DNA of 64,000 nucleotides from Alphaproteobacteria bacterium (GCA_965261735.1 OZ253470.1:1568001-1632000), one strand, 5' to 3'; positions 31,792 through 43,239 are shown, counted from the first letter of the stretch. A program made the numbers and translations. Notes: a model not told the origin generated them from the letters alone.

Positions 31792-32810
31792 TGCAGCGCC
31801 TCCGCATAGACACTAAGCGGTCGCTGCTCGACCTTCACGGTTGCCGGCAGTCGCCGCGGCGCGGGCTCCGGAGCATGCCGGACGCCGAGACGTCGATAGG
31901 GATGGTTCGCCAAGGGGAGAAGCACCGCTCGCTCGTCGCGCTCGAAGCGGTCGACAGGACGCTCCCCGGTCGTGGCATGCCGGCGGACGTTGGCTGTGCC
32001 CTCCAGCCAGCGCACGGCCTGCTCGTTGAGATCGTTGTCATTCGCAAACGAGCGGCCGTAGAAGAAGCTCTCGCGGATGTAGCGGATCGGGCGCTCCACT
32101 TTGCCCTTGGTCTGGGCCCGATAGGGTCGGCACGAGCGCGGCATGAACCCCCAGTGCGCGGCGAACCGCAGAAACTCCTCGTTCAGCACCAGGCCGCCGC
32201 CGGCCCCGCGGTCGTCGGACAGCACCACGGCGCGCATCTGGTCGAACAGCAGCTCCTCCGGAACCCCGCCGAACCGGTCGAAGGCGCTCTCCAGACCTTC
32301 CATCAGGACCGGCATGGTCTGCCGAGTATAGAAGTGCAGCCACAGCAGCCGGGTGAAGCCGAGGACGATCACCAGGGCATGGCGCCGGCCCCAGGGCAGC
32401 GTGAACGTACCGAAGTCCACCTGGCCCTGACGCCCCGCCGGCGTCTCGAACCGGACCAGCGATTCAACCGGTTCGCGCGGTCGCGTCGCCCGCACGTAGT
32501 CGTTCACGCGAGAGTAGCAGCCCGGGTAGTCCGCAGCGCGGACCTCATCGAAAAGCCGCTTCGCCGACAGCTTCGGGAACGCCTCAAGACGGGCGTCGAT
32601 GATCGCCTTGTAGGGGTCCAGCTTGTGGGCCACCGGCGGACGGGGCGAATACCCTCGCGCACCGGCCGCCAGATCCCGGTCCAGTTGGCCGGTATCGACC
32701 CAATTGTGGATCGTCCGACGGTTCACCCCGAACCGCCTCGACAGCTCCGCCTTCGAGACACCCCGGTCCAGATAGTGCTTCAACAACATCCTGGTCTCCC
32801 ATTTGTACAT
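31788..32810 (-). CDS. istA: IS21 transposase
   Basis: HTH, RFETPAG.Q.QVDF, GGVP..L.DQM, TKGKVER. Confidence 0.95.
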   Translation of the reverse strand: MYKWETRMLLKHYLDRGVSKAELSRRFGVNRRTIHNWVDTGQLDRDLAAGARGYSPRPPVAHKLDPYKAIIDARLEAFPKLSAKRLFDEVRAADYPGCYSRVNDYVRATRPREPVESLVRFETPAGRQGQVDFGTFTLPWGRRHALVIVLGFTRLLWLHFYTRQTMPVLMEGLESAFDRFGGVPEELLFDQMRAVVLSDDRGAGGGLVLNEEFLRFAAHWGFMPRSCRPYRAQTKGKVERPIRYIRESFFYGRSFANDNDLNEQAVRWLEGTANVRRHATTGERPVDRFERDERAVLLPLANHPYRRLGVRHAPEPAPRRLPATVKVEQRPLSVYAEALQ

Positions 32811-32999
32811 CCGCGCACCGATCCCGCTCTGTTGGCAAAGCCAACAGAGCGGCCCGGGACGCCTTCAGCGACAAGCCCAAAGTGAGAAATTTTGGGTCGT
32901 TACAAATGGGAAATTTACGGTCGCTACCAACACAGGCGGGTTTTTTGGATCTTCGGACCGGCGGATAAAGGCCATTCCGATCTGAGGGTCTCGGATGCT

Positions 33000-33140
33000 G
33001 CGCTATTCCGCTGCGTCGAGGTCTCGGTCGATGCTGTCTCCGATGCGCGCGGCGGAAGCCTTGACGGTGTCGCGGGCAAGATGGGCGTAACGGGCGGCCG
33101 TCTAGACCTGCGTGTGTCCCAGCAATTTGCCAATCATGGG
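33000..33140 (-). pseudogene. Tyrosine integrase C-terminal remnant
   Basis: MIGKLLGHTQV*TAARYAHLA. Confidence 0.75.
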
Positions 33141-33232
33141 TGTTGACCGGCGTCGAATGTTGACCCCTCATAGTCACGTAATATCAAAACATTAGCGCGC
33201 CGATCGGCGTCGAATGGGCGCGCCGATCAACA
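33141..33232. mobile_element. 92-bp IS21-like miniature element (two ends, no ORF)
   Basis: TGTTGACCGGCG...CGCCGATCAACA with internal repeat CGGCGTCGAATG. Confidence 0.7.
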
Positions 33233-33253
33233 GCCGGGAGGAGGCGGTTCCCC

Positions 33254-34279
33254 ATGTTCGAGAAACTGGGGTTCGAGGAACTGACACCGATCACAGCCTC
33301 GGTCGTGCTGGGTCTGGTGCTTGGCTGCGCCTATGGCGCCTTGGCGCAGCGCAGCGCTCTCTGCCTGCGCCGCGGCCTGGTCGGACGGTGGAGCGATTGT
33401 CTGCCGGCGCTGGGCGCCTGGGCGATGGCACTGGCGTGTGCGATTGCCGGAACCCGGCTGGCCGTTGCCACCGACCTGATCTCCTTCGAGGCGCACCGAT
33501 TTCTCGCGTCCGACGTGCCGGTCGCTTCCGCGCTGTTGGGCGGCGCGCTATTCGGCGCCGGAATGGTGCTGACGGGAGGCTGCGTTTCGCGCCTTACGGT
33601 GCTGCTCGGCACAGGTAATTTGCGCGCCCTGTTCGTCCTGCTCGTCTTCGCCGTCACCGCCCATGCGGTGATGAAAGGTGCGTTGGCGCCAGTGCGTGAG
33701 GCGCTCGGCGCCGCAACCATTCATGGTGGAGAGGCAACAGCGCTCACGGTACTGCCCGGCGGCGAGGTCTGGCCGCTCGTCCTTGCGGCCGCAGCAGCAA
33801 CTCTTGCCTTCTTCTCCGGCGCTCGAATCTCCCATCTGGCAATGACGGGCGCGATCGGGTTGCTGGTACCGCTTGGCTGGATCGGCACGGGGTTTCTGCT
33901 GCTGGACGATTTCGACCCGATTCCCGTGCAGTCGATGGGCTTCACGGGACCGATGGCCGACACGCTGTTCTGGACCGTGGCGGCGACGTCGATTCCGGCC
34001 GGCTTCGGCACAGGCCTTGCTGCGGGCGTCTTAGTCGGCAGCTTGGTCGCGGCTCTGGCGGCCGGCGAGTTCCGCTGGCAGAGCCTGGAAGGGCCGCGGC
34101 AGACCGGGCGCTACCTTGCCGGCGCCGTGATGATGGGCGTGGGCGGCGTGCTGGCGGGCGGCTGCACTGTCGGCGCCGGACTTTCCGGCGTTTCGACGGC
34201 AAGTTTCGCCGCCTTGCTCGCGCTCGCCGCAATGGCGGCTTCGGCGAGAGCCGTCGGGGTGCTCCTCGCCGCTCGGTAG
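33254..34279 (+). CDS. YeeE/YedE-family sulfur-compound (thiosulfate) transporter
   Basis: QRS.LC, FG.GMVL.GGC, GGVLAGGCTVGAGLSG; multi-TM; GGAGG RBS. Confidence 0.9.
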   Translation: MFEKLGFEELTPITASVVLGLVLGCAYGALAQRSALCLRRGLVGRWSDCLPALGAWAMALACAIAGTRLAVATDLISFEAHRFLASDVPVASALLGGALFGAGMVLTGGCVSRLTVLLGTGNLRALFVLLVFAVTAHAVMKGALAPVREALGAATIHGGEATALTVLPGGEVWPLVLAAAAATLAFFSGARISHLAMTGAIGLLVPLGWIGTGFLLLDDFDPIPVQSMGFTGPMADTLFWTVAATSIPAGFGTGLAAGVLVGSLVAALAAGEFRWQSLEGPRQTGRYLAGAVMMGVGGVLAGGCTVGAGLSGVSTASFAALLALAAMAASARAVGVLLAAR

Positions 34280-34333
34280 CGCGGTGCAGCCGCTACAGCG
34301 CTTTCGACCGGAGCGGAAACCTTGTCCCCGGGA

Positions 34334-35641
34334 TCAGCTAAACATGTCCCCGGTAATGGCGGCGTACCAGCCGAGCGACTCCTCATAGGTCGCCTTGCGC
34401 AGCTCCGCGCTTTCCCCGGTCTGGGAAATGAAGCCGTCGGTCTTGGCGATCTTCTCGTCGGTCGCTTCGTAGGAGGCACCGACCTTGACGCCGTCATCGG
34501 TGCCGATGAGCGACCAGCACGTGTTGGAGTAGCGCGGTGGGAACACCGTGGATCCGGTGAGCGCCCCGCGCACCGCCATGGCGCAGACCTTCGCCTGACT
34601 GTTGGCCGAGAAGCCCGACTTCGGCATATCGCCCTGCAGCGCCGCGTCGCCCAGCACATAGATATTGGCGTCCGCCCGGCTCTGCATGGTGTGCGGCACG
34701 ATCGGCGCCCAGCCGGAGTCGTCGGTGATGTCCGCAAGGGCTGCGATGCGTCCCGCCCGCTGCGCGGGGATGACGTTGCAGACATCCACCTTCATCGCCT
34801 CGCCGTCCACCACGACTTCCATGGTGTCGGGCCGCACCTCGACCTTATCGCCGCCGAAGTCCGGCCCGATGCGCTCGACCATGCCGGGGTAGTGGCGCTG
34901 CCAGCCGTCCTCGAACAACCCTTGCTTGGAGAACTTCTCCTTGGGGTCGACGATCAGGATCTTCGCCGTCGGATTGGCCTGTTTCAGAACATGGGCCACC
35001 ATCGAGATGCGCTCATAGGGCCCCGGCGGGCAGCGGAAGGGGTTCGGCGGCGCCACCATGCAATAAGTGCCGCCTTGCGGCAGGGCCTCGATCTGCGCCT
35101 TGAGAAGCTGGGTTTGCGAGCCGGCCTTGTAAGCGTGCGGCATGCGGTTCTGCTGCGACAGGTCCCATCCGGGAACGGACCCCGGCCGGAAGTCGATGCC
35201 CGGCGACAGGACGAGGCGGTCGTAAGCGAGGCTGGCCCCGCCCGCGAGCCCCACGCTCCGCTTGTCGCGGTCGATGGAGACCGCCCAGTCGTGCACGACG
35301 TTGATCCCATGCCGTGCGGCGAGGGCGCCGTAACTGTGACCGATTGAAGCGAATTCGCGGAAGCCGCCCAGATAGAGGTTCGAGAAGAAGCAGGTGTAGT
35401 AGGCTCGGCTCGGCTCCACGAGCGTTACATCCACAGCGCCCTTCGAATCCTTGGCGATATAGCGTGCCGCCGTCGTACCACCCGCGCCGCCGCCCACGAC
35501 CACGACGCGCGGGCGCCCCTGTGCGAGCACCGTCGGCGCCCAGAGCGCCGTCGTCGCCACGGCCGCTGACGCAAGGAAATGCCGTCGGCTCAGGCCGCCT
35601 TTTCTGTTTCGCTGGTTCATGACGTGTTTCCCTTGGTTCAC
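34334..35641 (-). CDS. soxF: Flavocytochrome c sulfide dehydrogenase flavoprotein (SoxF/FccB-like)
   Basis: Tat signal SRRHFL, GGGAGG, RCPPGPYER, MPKSGFSANSQ, NTCWS. Confidence 0.92.
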   Translation of the reverse strand: MNQGKHVMNQRNRKGGLSRRHFLASAAVATTALWAPTVLAQGRPRVVVVGGGAGGTTAARYIAKDSKGAVDVTLVEPSRAYYTCFFSNLYLGGFREFASIGHSYGALAARHGINVVHDWAVSIDRDKRSVGLAGGASLAYDRLVLSPGIDFRPGSVPGWDLSQQNRMPHAYKAGSQTQLLKAQIEALPQGGTYCMVAPPNPFRCPPGPYERISMVAHVLKQANPTAKILIVDPKEKFSKQGLFEDGWQRHYPGMVERIGPDFGGDKVEVRPDTMEVVVDGEAMKVDVCNVIPAQRAGRIAALADITDDSGWAPIVPHTMQSRADANIYVLGDAALQGDMPKSGFSANSQAKVCAMAVRGALTGSTVFPPRYSNTCWSLIGTDDGVKVGASYEATDEKIAKTDGFISQTGESAELRKATYEESLGWYAAITGDMFS

Positions 35642-36432
35642 GGGTCGTCTTCCGCCCTCTGGAAGTGCGCGGCGAGAGCGGCGATCTCCTCGTCCGACAA
35701 GCGCCCGGCTACAAGCTGCATGATGGGATGGACCCTCTTTCCGCGCTTGTAGGCGTGCAATGCTATCACGAAGTCATCAGGTGGCCATCCCACGATTGAG
35801 GGGATTCCCTCGTCCGCCGCGTCGCTCTGGTGGCAGATGGTGCATTCGCCCGCGAGATAGGCGCCGTACTCGGGGTCACCCCGGATGGTGAGGAGCTGAG
35901 GGTCGAGGCCGTATTCCTCGGGCGTGGCGGTCGGCTCCGCCGGCGAAAGATCAGGGCGGGTGCCGGAGAAGCCGCGCAGCCATGCCAGCAGGTCCGTTCT
36001 GTCGTTCGTTCCCGGCATGCCGTCGAAACTCATGCGCGAGCGAGGCACGAGAGCGGGCGGGTCGGAGAGAAATGCGTCGAGGGTCGTCGCGGTCCAGACG
36101 AGGCCGCCGGACCCGGCAGCCTTCATCGCTGCGGAATAGCGAAAATCCGCGAGCGAGCCGGCCGCGCGACCGAAGACATCGTTGAGCTGCGGCCCGATCC
36201 GATGCTCCGCGCCGCCGCCCACCTGATGGCAGCGTTTGCATTGGCCGAAGAGCGCCTTGCCGAGCTCGTCATCGGCGCTCCATGCGCTGTTGGCCGGGAG
36301 AATCAGCAGCAGTGCCGCGGCGAGCAGCCCGAAGGCGAGACATGCCGCAAGGCCGGCCGGCCGGGATCGGTGTCGCCCGAAGGCTCTAGTCGACCTCAAT
36401 CCGTTTGCTGAGGTTGTACACGGAGCCGTCAT
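35638..36432 (-). CDS. soxE: Di-heme cytochrome c (SoxE-like); start uncertain
   Basis: CKRCH and CTICH heme motifs; signal peptide; GTGA overlap with soxF. Confidence 0.82.
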   Translation of the reverse strand: MTAPCTTSANGLRSTRAFGRHRSRPAGLAACLAFGLLAAALLLILPANSAWSADDELGKALFGQCKRCHQVGGGAEHRIGPQLNDVFGRAAGSLADFRYSAAMKAAGSGGLVWTATTLDAFLSDPPALVPRSRMSFDGMPGTNDRTDLLAWLRGFSGTRPDLSPAEPTATPEEYGLDPQLLTIRGDPEYGAYLAGECTICHQSDAADEGIPSIVGWPPDDFVIALHAYKRGKRVHPIMQLVAGRLSDEEIAALAAHFQRAEDDP

Positions 36433-36712
36433 CGTCGATCCATTGGAACTCCAGAAGGCCCGACTTCGGGACGGCCATCTCGAACTGGATGTAGGGATCG
36501 GCCGAGACCGCCGGTTCCAGATCGACAGAAATCGCCACCTCGCCGTTATAGCTTACCACGAAGCGGTTGATGATCTGGCGGGGCACGAGCTCGCCCTCGC
36601 TGTCGTGGCGCTGCCCCGTATGCATCGGATGGGTGATCCGGGTCTTGACCGTGAAGGGAACGCCCGCCGCCACCGACTTCGGCAGCTTCACGCGCGGCTT
36701 GGGTTCCGCCAT
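36386..36712 (-). CDS. soxZ: Sulfur carrier complex protein SoxZ
   Basis: HPMHTG.R.D..G..VPR..IN.F, SADPY..F, W.DDDG. Confidence 0.92.
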   Translation of the reverse strand: MAEPKPRVKLPKSVAAGVPFTVKTRITHPMHTGQRHDSEGELVPRQIINRFVVSYNGEVAISVDLEPAVSADPYIQFEMAVPKSGLLEFQWIDDDGSVYNLSKRIEVD

Positions 36713-36722
36713 CGCCCGCTCC

Positions 36723-37142
36723 TCAGCCGCAGCCGCCGACCGTCACCGCAATCTTCTGGGAGGCCTGGCGGAACGTGCCGTCCGCCATCTCCGCCACCGC
36801 ATACACGTTCTGGCTCCCGGCAAGCCGGATGCGGATCGTGGCTTCTGGTGGCACCAGCCTCCCGAACTTGAAAACGGCGACGCCCGGATTCGGGTTTCCG
36901 TCGTTGAAGAGCGCGATGCGCCTGGCGCCCTCGGCAACGACCCGGATCGGCACAGCGCCGCCGTTGTCGAAGATCTCCGGCGCATCGAGAAGCACACCGC
37001 CTTCCAGGCGCAATGCGCCCCCTGTGAATTCATCGATGGCCTGCCAAACGCCGTTCGAGGCCTCGGCCGTACCGGCAGGAAGCAGCGCGGCCGCGGTGGC
37101 GGAGGCACCGAGCAGCAATACATCCCTGCGTGTTGGAGCCAT
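36723..37142 (-). CDS. soxY: Sulfur carrier protein SoxY
   Basis: Tat signal TRRDVL, APEI..NG..VP, NPNP, C-terminal VTVGGCG. Confidence 0.92.
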   Translation of the reverse strand: MAPTRRDVLLLGASATAAALLPAGTAEASNGVWQAIDEFTGGALRLEGGVLLDAPEIFDNGGAVPIRVVAEGARRIALFNDGNPNPGVAVFKFGRLVPPEATIRIRLAGSQNVYAVAEMADGTFRQASQKIAVTVGGCG

Positions 37143-37260
37143 GACACGGCCTCCTCCCGCTCGCCAGGCAACTAGCGATATTGCTCCCCGTGGCGGGCCC
37201 GTCAAGCCCCCCGTTGCGCGCGTATCGGTAACACAAGATATGTCCGGTCCATGTACCAGA

Positions 37261-37315
37261 TGTTGATCGGCGTGGAACATTGACCCCCTATCGGGGGTGA
37301 TCGGCGTCCAATATT
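37261..37315 (+). mobile_element. Isolated IS21-like end
   Basis: TGTTGATCGGCGTGGAACATTGACCCC, related to 33141. Confidence 0.7.
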
Positions 37316-37316
37316 G

Positions 37317-37526
37317 GGTCTGACTCACTTTCGATGACGTTTCGTCATGCAGCGGCGACGAGGCGTGCTCGCAGCAGGTCGAGGTTGGCGCGTCCATACA
37401 TCTGGCGCTTGAGGGCCTTCAGCATGTTGATCTGGCCTTCTGTTTGCCCGTTGGACCACGGCTCGCGAAGGGCAGCTAGAACGGCATGCTTGTCGGCGTT
37501 CAGACCACGGGCGAGGGATGCGAGAA
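37317..37526 (-). pseudogene. ISL3-family transposase C-terminal fragment and right end
   Basis: WSNGQTEGQIN.LK.LKRQMYGRA..DLLRAR. Confidence 0.85.
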
Positions 37527-38615
37527 GGCTTTGGTGCATGGACCTGAGGATTAGTATATCTGGCTCCGCTTCCGTCTTTGAGAGTTTGTCATGCCTTTCA
37601 AGTTCCACGCATCGCGTCGCCACCATATCCCCAGAGCCAAGTACCGGGTCATGAACTGGCCGGATTATGACCGTGGTTTGGTTCGGCGCGGCGACATTCG
37701 TTTCTGGATTGATGAGAGCGCTCTGGAGCAATGGGACGCAGCCAAGCGGCGAACTCCTGGTGGCCAGCGGCGGTTTTCAGAGTTGGCGATTTCCACGACA
37801 CTGATGCTGGGGGTGGTCTTCAGACTGCCGCTGCGCGAGACGGAAGGCTTTGTGCGTTCCCTCGTGGACTTGATGGGGTGCGATCTGCCGGTGCCGGATC
37901 ACACCACGCTGTCGCGGCGGCGGCGAACGGTGGATGTCGTTGTGGAAACCAGCACGAACAAGCGGTCTACGGATATCGTGCTGGATTCCACGGGCCTGAA
38001 ATTCTTTAGCGCTGGCGAGTGGGCTCGCGCCAAGCACGGTGAAACGCGGCGCTCGTGGCGCAAGCTGCATATCTCGGTTGACCCGGCCAGCAGCGAGATC
38101 CGGACGCATGAACTGACCGGTGACGACACGGCCGATGCGACGATGGCGGGACCGCTGGTCGCCGGTTCCGGTGGGATGATCCGGCGCGTGTTTGCCGACG
38201 GCGCCTATGACGGGGAGCCCGTGACAAAAGCGATCCGAGAAGCTCGGCCACCGAATTCACCACCTGAAATCATCATCCCGCCACGCGCCACATCCATTCC
38301 TCCCCCGGACACGCCTCATGGCGGATCGGAACGGGAGCACCATGCGGCGGAGATCGCGTCGAAGGGAAGGATGAACTGGCAGAAACGACAGGGCTACGGA
38401 TTGAGAGCGCTTGGCGAAACAGCCATGGCTCGCGTCAAGAGGCTCAACGGCGGCAAGCTCAACGCTCGCACATTCCAATACCAACAAACCGAAATCGCCA
38501 TGCAGATCGACGTACTCAATCGCTCTATCCGTGCGGCGAAACCAAACACAATCAGGATCCGCTAACCAACCGGGGAATGGGCGATCACACCATTGCGGCT
38601 CCATGCACCAAAGCC
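37527..38615 (+). mobile_element. IS5-family IS903-group element (transposase 37591-38565)
   Basis: Perfect IRs GGCTTTGGTGCATGGA; NW..Y..GL..RG, DSTGLK, WRKLH, ADGAYD; no TSD. Confidence 0.93.
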
Positions 38616-39118
38616 TCTCCTACGCCTTCGGCGAAGATGTCCTTGTTGGCGTATTTGAACCTTTCGCCCGCTTGAACCTTAATTGATTTCGTCCCTGGCT
38701 CCGTGCCCGCAATGACCTTGGCATACCGATTCCAATCCTCTTCCCTATATCCCCCGTAATTGCTGAAATCCGGCTTTTTCTTCTTTGCACCAGAGTCCCA
38801 GAAATGCAACACCATAAAATGGTCTATGAGTGCATTGAAGCCGTCGAGGTGATCCATATCAGGGTGAGAGAGGATGAAACGCCAAATCTCTTGGTGCCCC
38901 AATTTGACCAGATAGTCGAGAGGGTTGGTCGGATGATCGCACATCCGAAAATTCCCCTTTGCAAGAGCAATTTCGTGTTTGGCGAGGGCTTCCATTAGCG
39001 TCCCTTGAGTCCTTGCGGTGTTTCCAGCCGATATGTCGAACACAGTTACTCGCCCAGAAAGGTGTTCGAGAATGATGCAATCGCCTTGATTGACGTTTAG
39101 AAGGTGAACTTTCGGCAT
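38616..39118 (-). pseudogene. ComEC/Rec2-like MBL-fold hydrolase, 3'-truncated by IS
   Basis: LNVNQGDC, SHPDMDHLDG; low GC. Confidence 0.82.
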
Positions 39119-39141
39119 TTCCTATCTCGCTCTACTTCTTC

Positions 39142-40246
39142 CTTACCTATCCGGTTTACACCCACACCCACTAGGGCTAGGATGGGCGCAACCCGGATAT
39201 AGGGGAGCGCGCCATGGATGTTCTCGACCGCGCCGGTCTCCCATTCCCGCATTCGCTACCCGAGTTCCAGCGACTTTTCCCCGATGATGCGGCCTGCGCC
39301 GCCTACCTGGAGAAAGCCCGCTGGGGAGACGGCTTTGCCTGCCCGCACTGCGGCACGGCGGGAGAGCCGTTCCACTTTGAAAACCGCCCTGGCGTCCTGC
39401 GCTGCCGCAAGTGCCGCCAGAACACCGGGCTGACGGTGGGAACAGTGATGGAGCGTAGCCACACTCCGCTGAACGTCTGGTTCTGGGCCGCTTATCTGGT
39501 CGCCAGTCAGACGCCCGGCATGTCCGCCGTGCAGTTTCAGCGGCAACTTGGTCTTTCGCGCTACGAGACGGCCTTTCAAATTCTCCACAAGCTCCGCTCG
39601 GGCATGGTGCGGCCCAACCAAGACAGGATCGGTGGACAGCCCAAGAACCATGTTGAGGTGGACGAAACCTGGGTTGGCGGGCGAACGCGTGGGGAAGGCC
39701 GTGGTGTTCACCACAAGGTTCCCGTCTCCTGTGCCATCGAGGTGCGTCATCGAAAGCCGGGCACCAAGCTCGACAACCGGAAAGACGGACGCTATGCCGG
39801 ACGCGTTCGGCTCGCCGTCGTGCTCGACCGTAGCGCCGAGTCGCTCTGTGGGTTCGTCGAGAGCACCGTCGCGCCGCGATCGCTGATCGTTACTGACGAT
39901 TGGAGCGGCTATGCTGGCCTCGGGAAGCGCGGCTATGAGCACTTCGCTGTTGCCGAGTGTGGTGATCCAGAGGTTGCCGAGCAATACCTGCCGATCATCC
40001 ATCTGGTTTTCGCCAACCTGAAGACGTGGCTGATCGGTATCCACCACGGCGTTAGCCACCAGCACCTACAAGCCTACCTCAACGAGTTCACCTTCCGCTT
40101 CAACAGGCGGTTCTACCCGTTCAACGCCTTCCGCTCATTGCTCGGCATCGCGGGCGACACCTCTGCTCCAACCTATGCCGAGCTTTACTCGGGAGAGTGG
40201 CGGCACCCTACATGTAGCGGTCATGGGCGTTAACCGGATAGGCAAG
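39142..40246 (+). mobile_element. IS1595-family element, copy 3 (transposase 39214-40233)
   Basis: Near-identical to copy 2; left IR has one substitution; flanks ACTTCTTC/GTTTCTTC match only 6 of 8. Confidence 0.95.
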
Positions 40247-40341
40247 GTTTCTTCATGTACTGCGGGACTTATTTCCACATCCGATGCTACGACCAAAACA
40301 GTGCGCAAAAAAACGTACGCAGTAGTGCGGGGGCTGAAGTC

Positions 40342-41735
40342 GGTTGTGTCTCGAAAGTGGTGGAAATTGGTTTTGGCGCCTCTCCGAGCGGGTTGAGTTT
40401 TGCGGCGGTCAGGCTGCGCGGTCAAGGGTTTCGTCGGCGATTAGCTGATCGAGGGTTTCCCATCCATCGACTTTGCGCATCTGGATTTGGCCGGAAGCGA
40501 GGAGTGCCCAGAGGAGCATCGGCACTGTTTCGGGACACGGCAGCACGGTCTGTGTTTTGATCCGGCGCTTGAACTCCTCGTTGAGACGCTCAATGGCGTT
40601 GGTCGTTCGGGCTGATTTCCATTGGCTCTTGGACAGGCGCGTGAAGGTAAAGAGCTTGTCGCCCGCTTCTGCGAGGCTGTCCGCGACGGCCCTGCATTTC
40701 AGCCGCCACTTGCGGACAAACGCCTTGCGGCGGGTTTCCACCTCGGAGGCAGTGTCGGCATAGATCATATCGCGGTAATCTTCGCTCAGCTCGTCATGCA
40801 TGTGTTTGGGAGCATGACCCAGAAGGTTGCGGTGCTTGTGCACGGTGCAGCGTTGAACGGGAAGGTCATCGCCCCAAAGCGCCGACAGAGCCGCCTCCAG
40901 TCCCGGCGCGCCATCGACGATGACAAACCCGGGCCGTTTCAGTCCACGCGCATCAAGGTCGTCGAGGAACTGGCGCCACGCCGCCTGGCTTTCTCCGCCC
41001 ATATTCCCGATCGAAAGCAAGACCTTCTGGCCATCCCGGCGCACCCCTATAGCCGCGAGAACCGAGATGTTGGTGGCCTTGCGGTCCAGTCGGGTCTTGA
41101 TCACAGTGCCGTCAAGGATCAGCCGAACGATATCCTCATCCGCGAGGCCACGGCTGCACCAGGCGTCCCAATCGACCTTCACCTTGCGCCACGCCCGGCT
41201 CACAACGTCCTTGCTCACAGCACCCCGGAAGAGCCCGAACAGCGCGCGTTTCACCCGCCGCGTGTTGGTTCCGGACAGATACACCGAAGCGATCAGCGCC
41301 TCGGCCTTTCTGGTCAGCCGCTGGTAGCGCGGCAGCGCCCGCGAACGCCATTCCGACGCCCGACCGTCTTCCTCAACGATCCGCGCACGCGGCACGCTCA
41401 CCCTCTCGGTCCCGAATGTCCCCGTCAGTTGCCGCTCCCGGTGCCCGTTCCGATACCCTTGCCGAAGCGCGTCCTCTCGACCGTATCGGCAGCGCCCGAG
41501 AAACTGCGCAAGTTCCTCCTCAAAAACGGCCTCGATCGTGGATCTGATGTTCTCCCGCAGCCGGTCCTCGAGCGGATCATAGCCGGCGTCATTGGCCAGT
41601 AGCGAAAGCGCGGAAGTCTCGGTAGTGTTCTTCATGGCGTGATCTCCTTGGCGGTGCTAGCCGCCGATTGGGTGGTTGTCTTGTCACCCGGAGATTACGC
41701 CATCCTCAAATTTCCACCACTTTCGAGACACAGCC
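40342..41735 (-). mobile_element. IS256-family element type B (transposase 40409-41635)
   Basis: IRs GG(T/C)TGTGTCTCGAAAGTGGTGGAAATT; 8-bp TSD CTGAAGTC; ILDGT, QRCTVHK, TNAIER. Confidence 0.95.
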
Positions 41736-41770
41736 CTGAAGTCATCAATAGCGGTCTCAATTCAGCGAGC

Positions 41771-42151
41771 TCACAAGCTGGAATAGTTGCGGAGCCTAGC
41801 GCGGATTTCTACCTGGGGCAGCCGGCAGCGAGGATGTTCGGCGATTCGCCGGAGGCCCTCGGTCAAGGCGTCCTGGTCAAGCATCCGATTCCCATGCAGG
41901 TGATCGACCAGCCATAGGACGCCGTGGCATTCGACGTTTTCTTCGAGTGCCAGGGCGCGCAGCGAGCCGTCTCCGGAAAGCAGCGTCCACGAACGTGTCT
42001 TGGAGAGGGCGAGCGCGAAGCTGTCGGGAAGCGAAAGACTGCGCCGCGCGCGGCGGTACGCCAGCGCGAGGGTGACTCCTGCGCCATCCAGTTCTTCCAA
42101 GCGGAGCCCCAGGTCGATTAGTGTGGGCCCACCGTGATCCCTGAGTTCGCG
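41771..42151 (-). pseudogene. PIN-domain protein, 5'-truncated by IS1595
   Basis: LSLPD..ALALA-like, LLSGD..LR..A...VECHGVLW. Confidence 0.72.
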
Positions 42152-42370
42152 CTTGCCTATCCGGTTAACGCCCATGACCGCTACATGTAGGGTGCCGCCA
42201 CTCTCCCGAGTAAAGCTCGGCATAGGTTGGAGCAGAGGTGTCGCCCGCGATGCCGAGCAATGAGCGGAAGGCGTTGAACGGGTAGAACCGCCTGTTGAAG
42301 CGGAAGGTGAACTCGTTGAGGTAGGCTTGTAGGTGCTGGTGGCTAACGTCGTGGTGGATACCGATCAGCC
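42152..42370 (-). mobile_element. IS1595 copy 4, right-end fragment
   Basis: Sequence identity to 6835-7053. Confidence 0.92.
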
Positions 42371-43112
42371 GATCGGCGCGCCGCCCATCTCCTGGCGCCA
42401 GTAGACCCAGGCGCCCAGGGGATCGCGGTCGCGCACGAAGGCGAGATAACCGGCGTCGGGACGGATGGTCTCGGCAATCGCCATCTGTTCGATGTAGCCG
42501 TTCCAGGCCCGGGCGGCGACAGCGCCGCCACCCTCGCGCCGGCACCGGGGACAGCCCCAGGGGTTGCGGTAGCGGACCGCCCCGTTGCCGCGCAGACGTG
42601 CGGCCAGATTTTCCGGGGCAACGCGTCCCTCGGCGTTCCGCTCGAGCGCGCAGTCCGGGCACAGGAGCGGCAGCAGGGTCTGCTTCATCAGCAGCGCGAC
42701 ATTGCCGGGCTTGGTCACCTCGGCCACGCCGACGCCCATGTCGATCAGCCGGAACAGGATGGCATTGGCCGAATGGACGTGGATCGTGGTCCACACCTGG
42801 TGGCCGGTATCGATGAACTGCATCACCTGGCGGGCGGCGTCGGCGTCGCGGATCTCGGAGACCATGCCGCTGGCCGGGTGGACCCGGCAGAAATGCATCA
42901 GCGCTTCCTTGAAATGCCCGGCCCGCTCATCGCCCAGGGCCGACGTCGGCACGGCGATCTGCACCGCGCCAGGGATGCGGTATTCGACCGGGTCCTCGAT
43001 GGTCACGAGATTGAGCTGGCCGTCGAACTCCGCCATCTGCAGGGCGAGATTGGCCGCCAGTGTGGTTGACTTGCCGTCGCCCGCGGTGCCGCCGATGAAG
43101 ACGCCGCCATGG
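42365..43112 (-). pseudogene. GspE/PulE/PilQ-type pilus secretion ATPase fragment
   Basis: GGTAGDGKSTT, TIEDPVEY, EIRD, TGH.V.TTIH, two CxxC motifs. Confidence 0.82.
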
Positions 43113-43239
43113 GGCGCCCAGATAGGCTTCCTGGAAGAGCTCGAAGAACTGCGCCGGCTTGCCGTTCAGCGACGGAATGTCGGCCGACAGCACCCGCGAG
43201 ACCGCGCCCGCGCTGTTCAATGCCCGCACCGTCGCTGAC

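Larger units (their letters stand above)
30779..32932 (-). mobile_element. IS21-family element (short IS100-like istA/istB)
   Basis: TGT...ACA ends with repeated AAATTT(C/T)CA subterminal motifs; no TSD seen. Confidence 0.9.
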
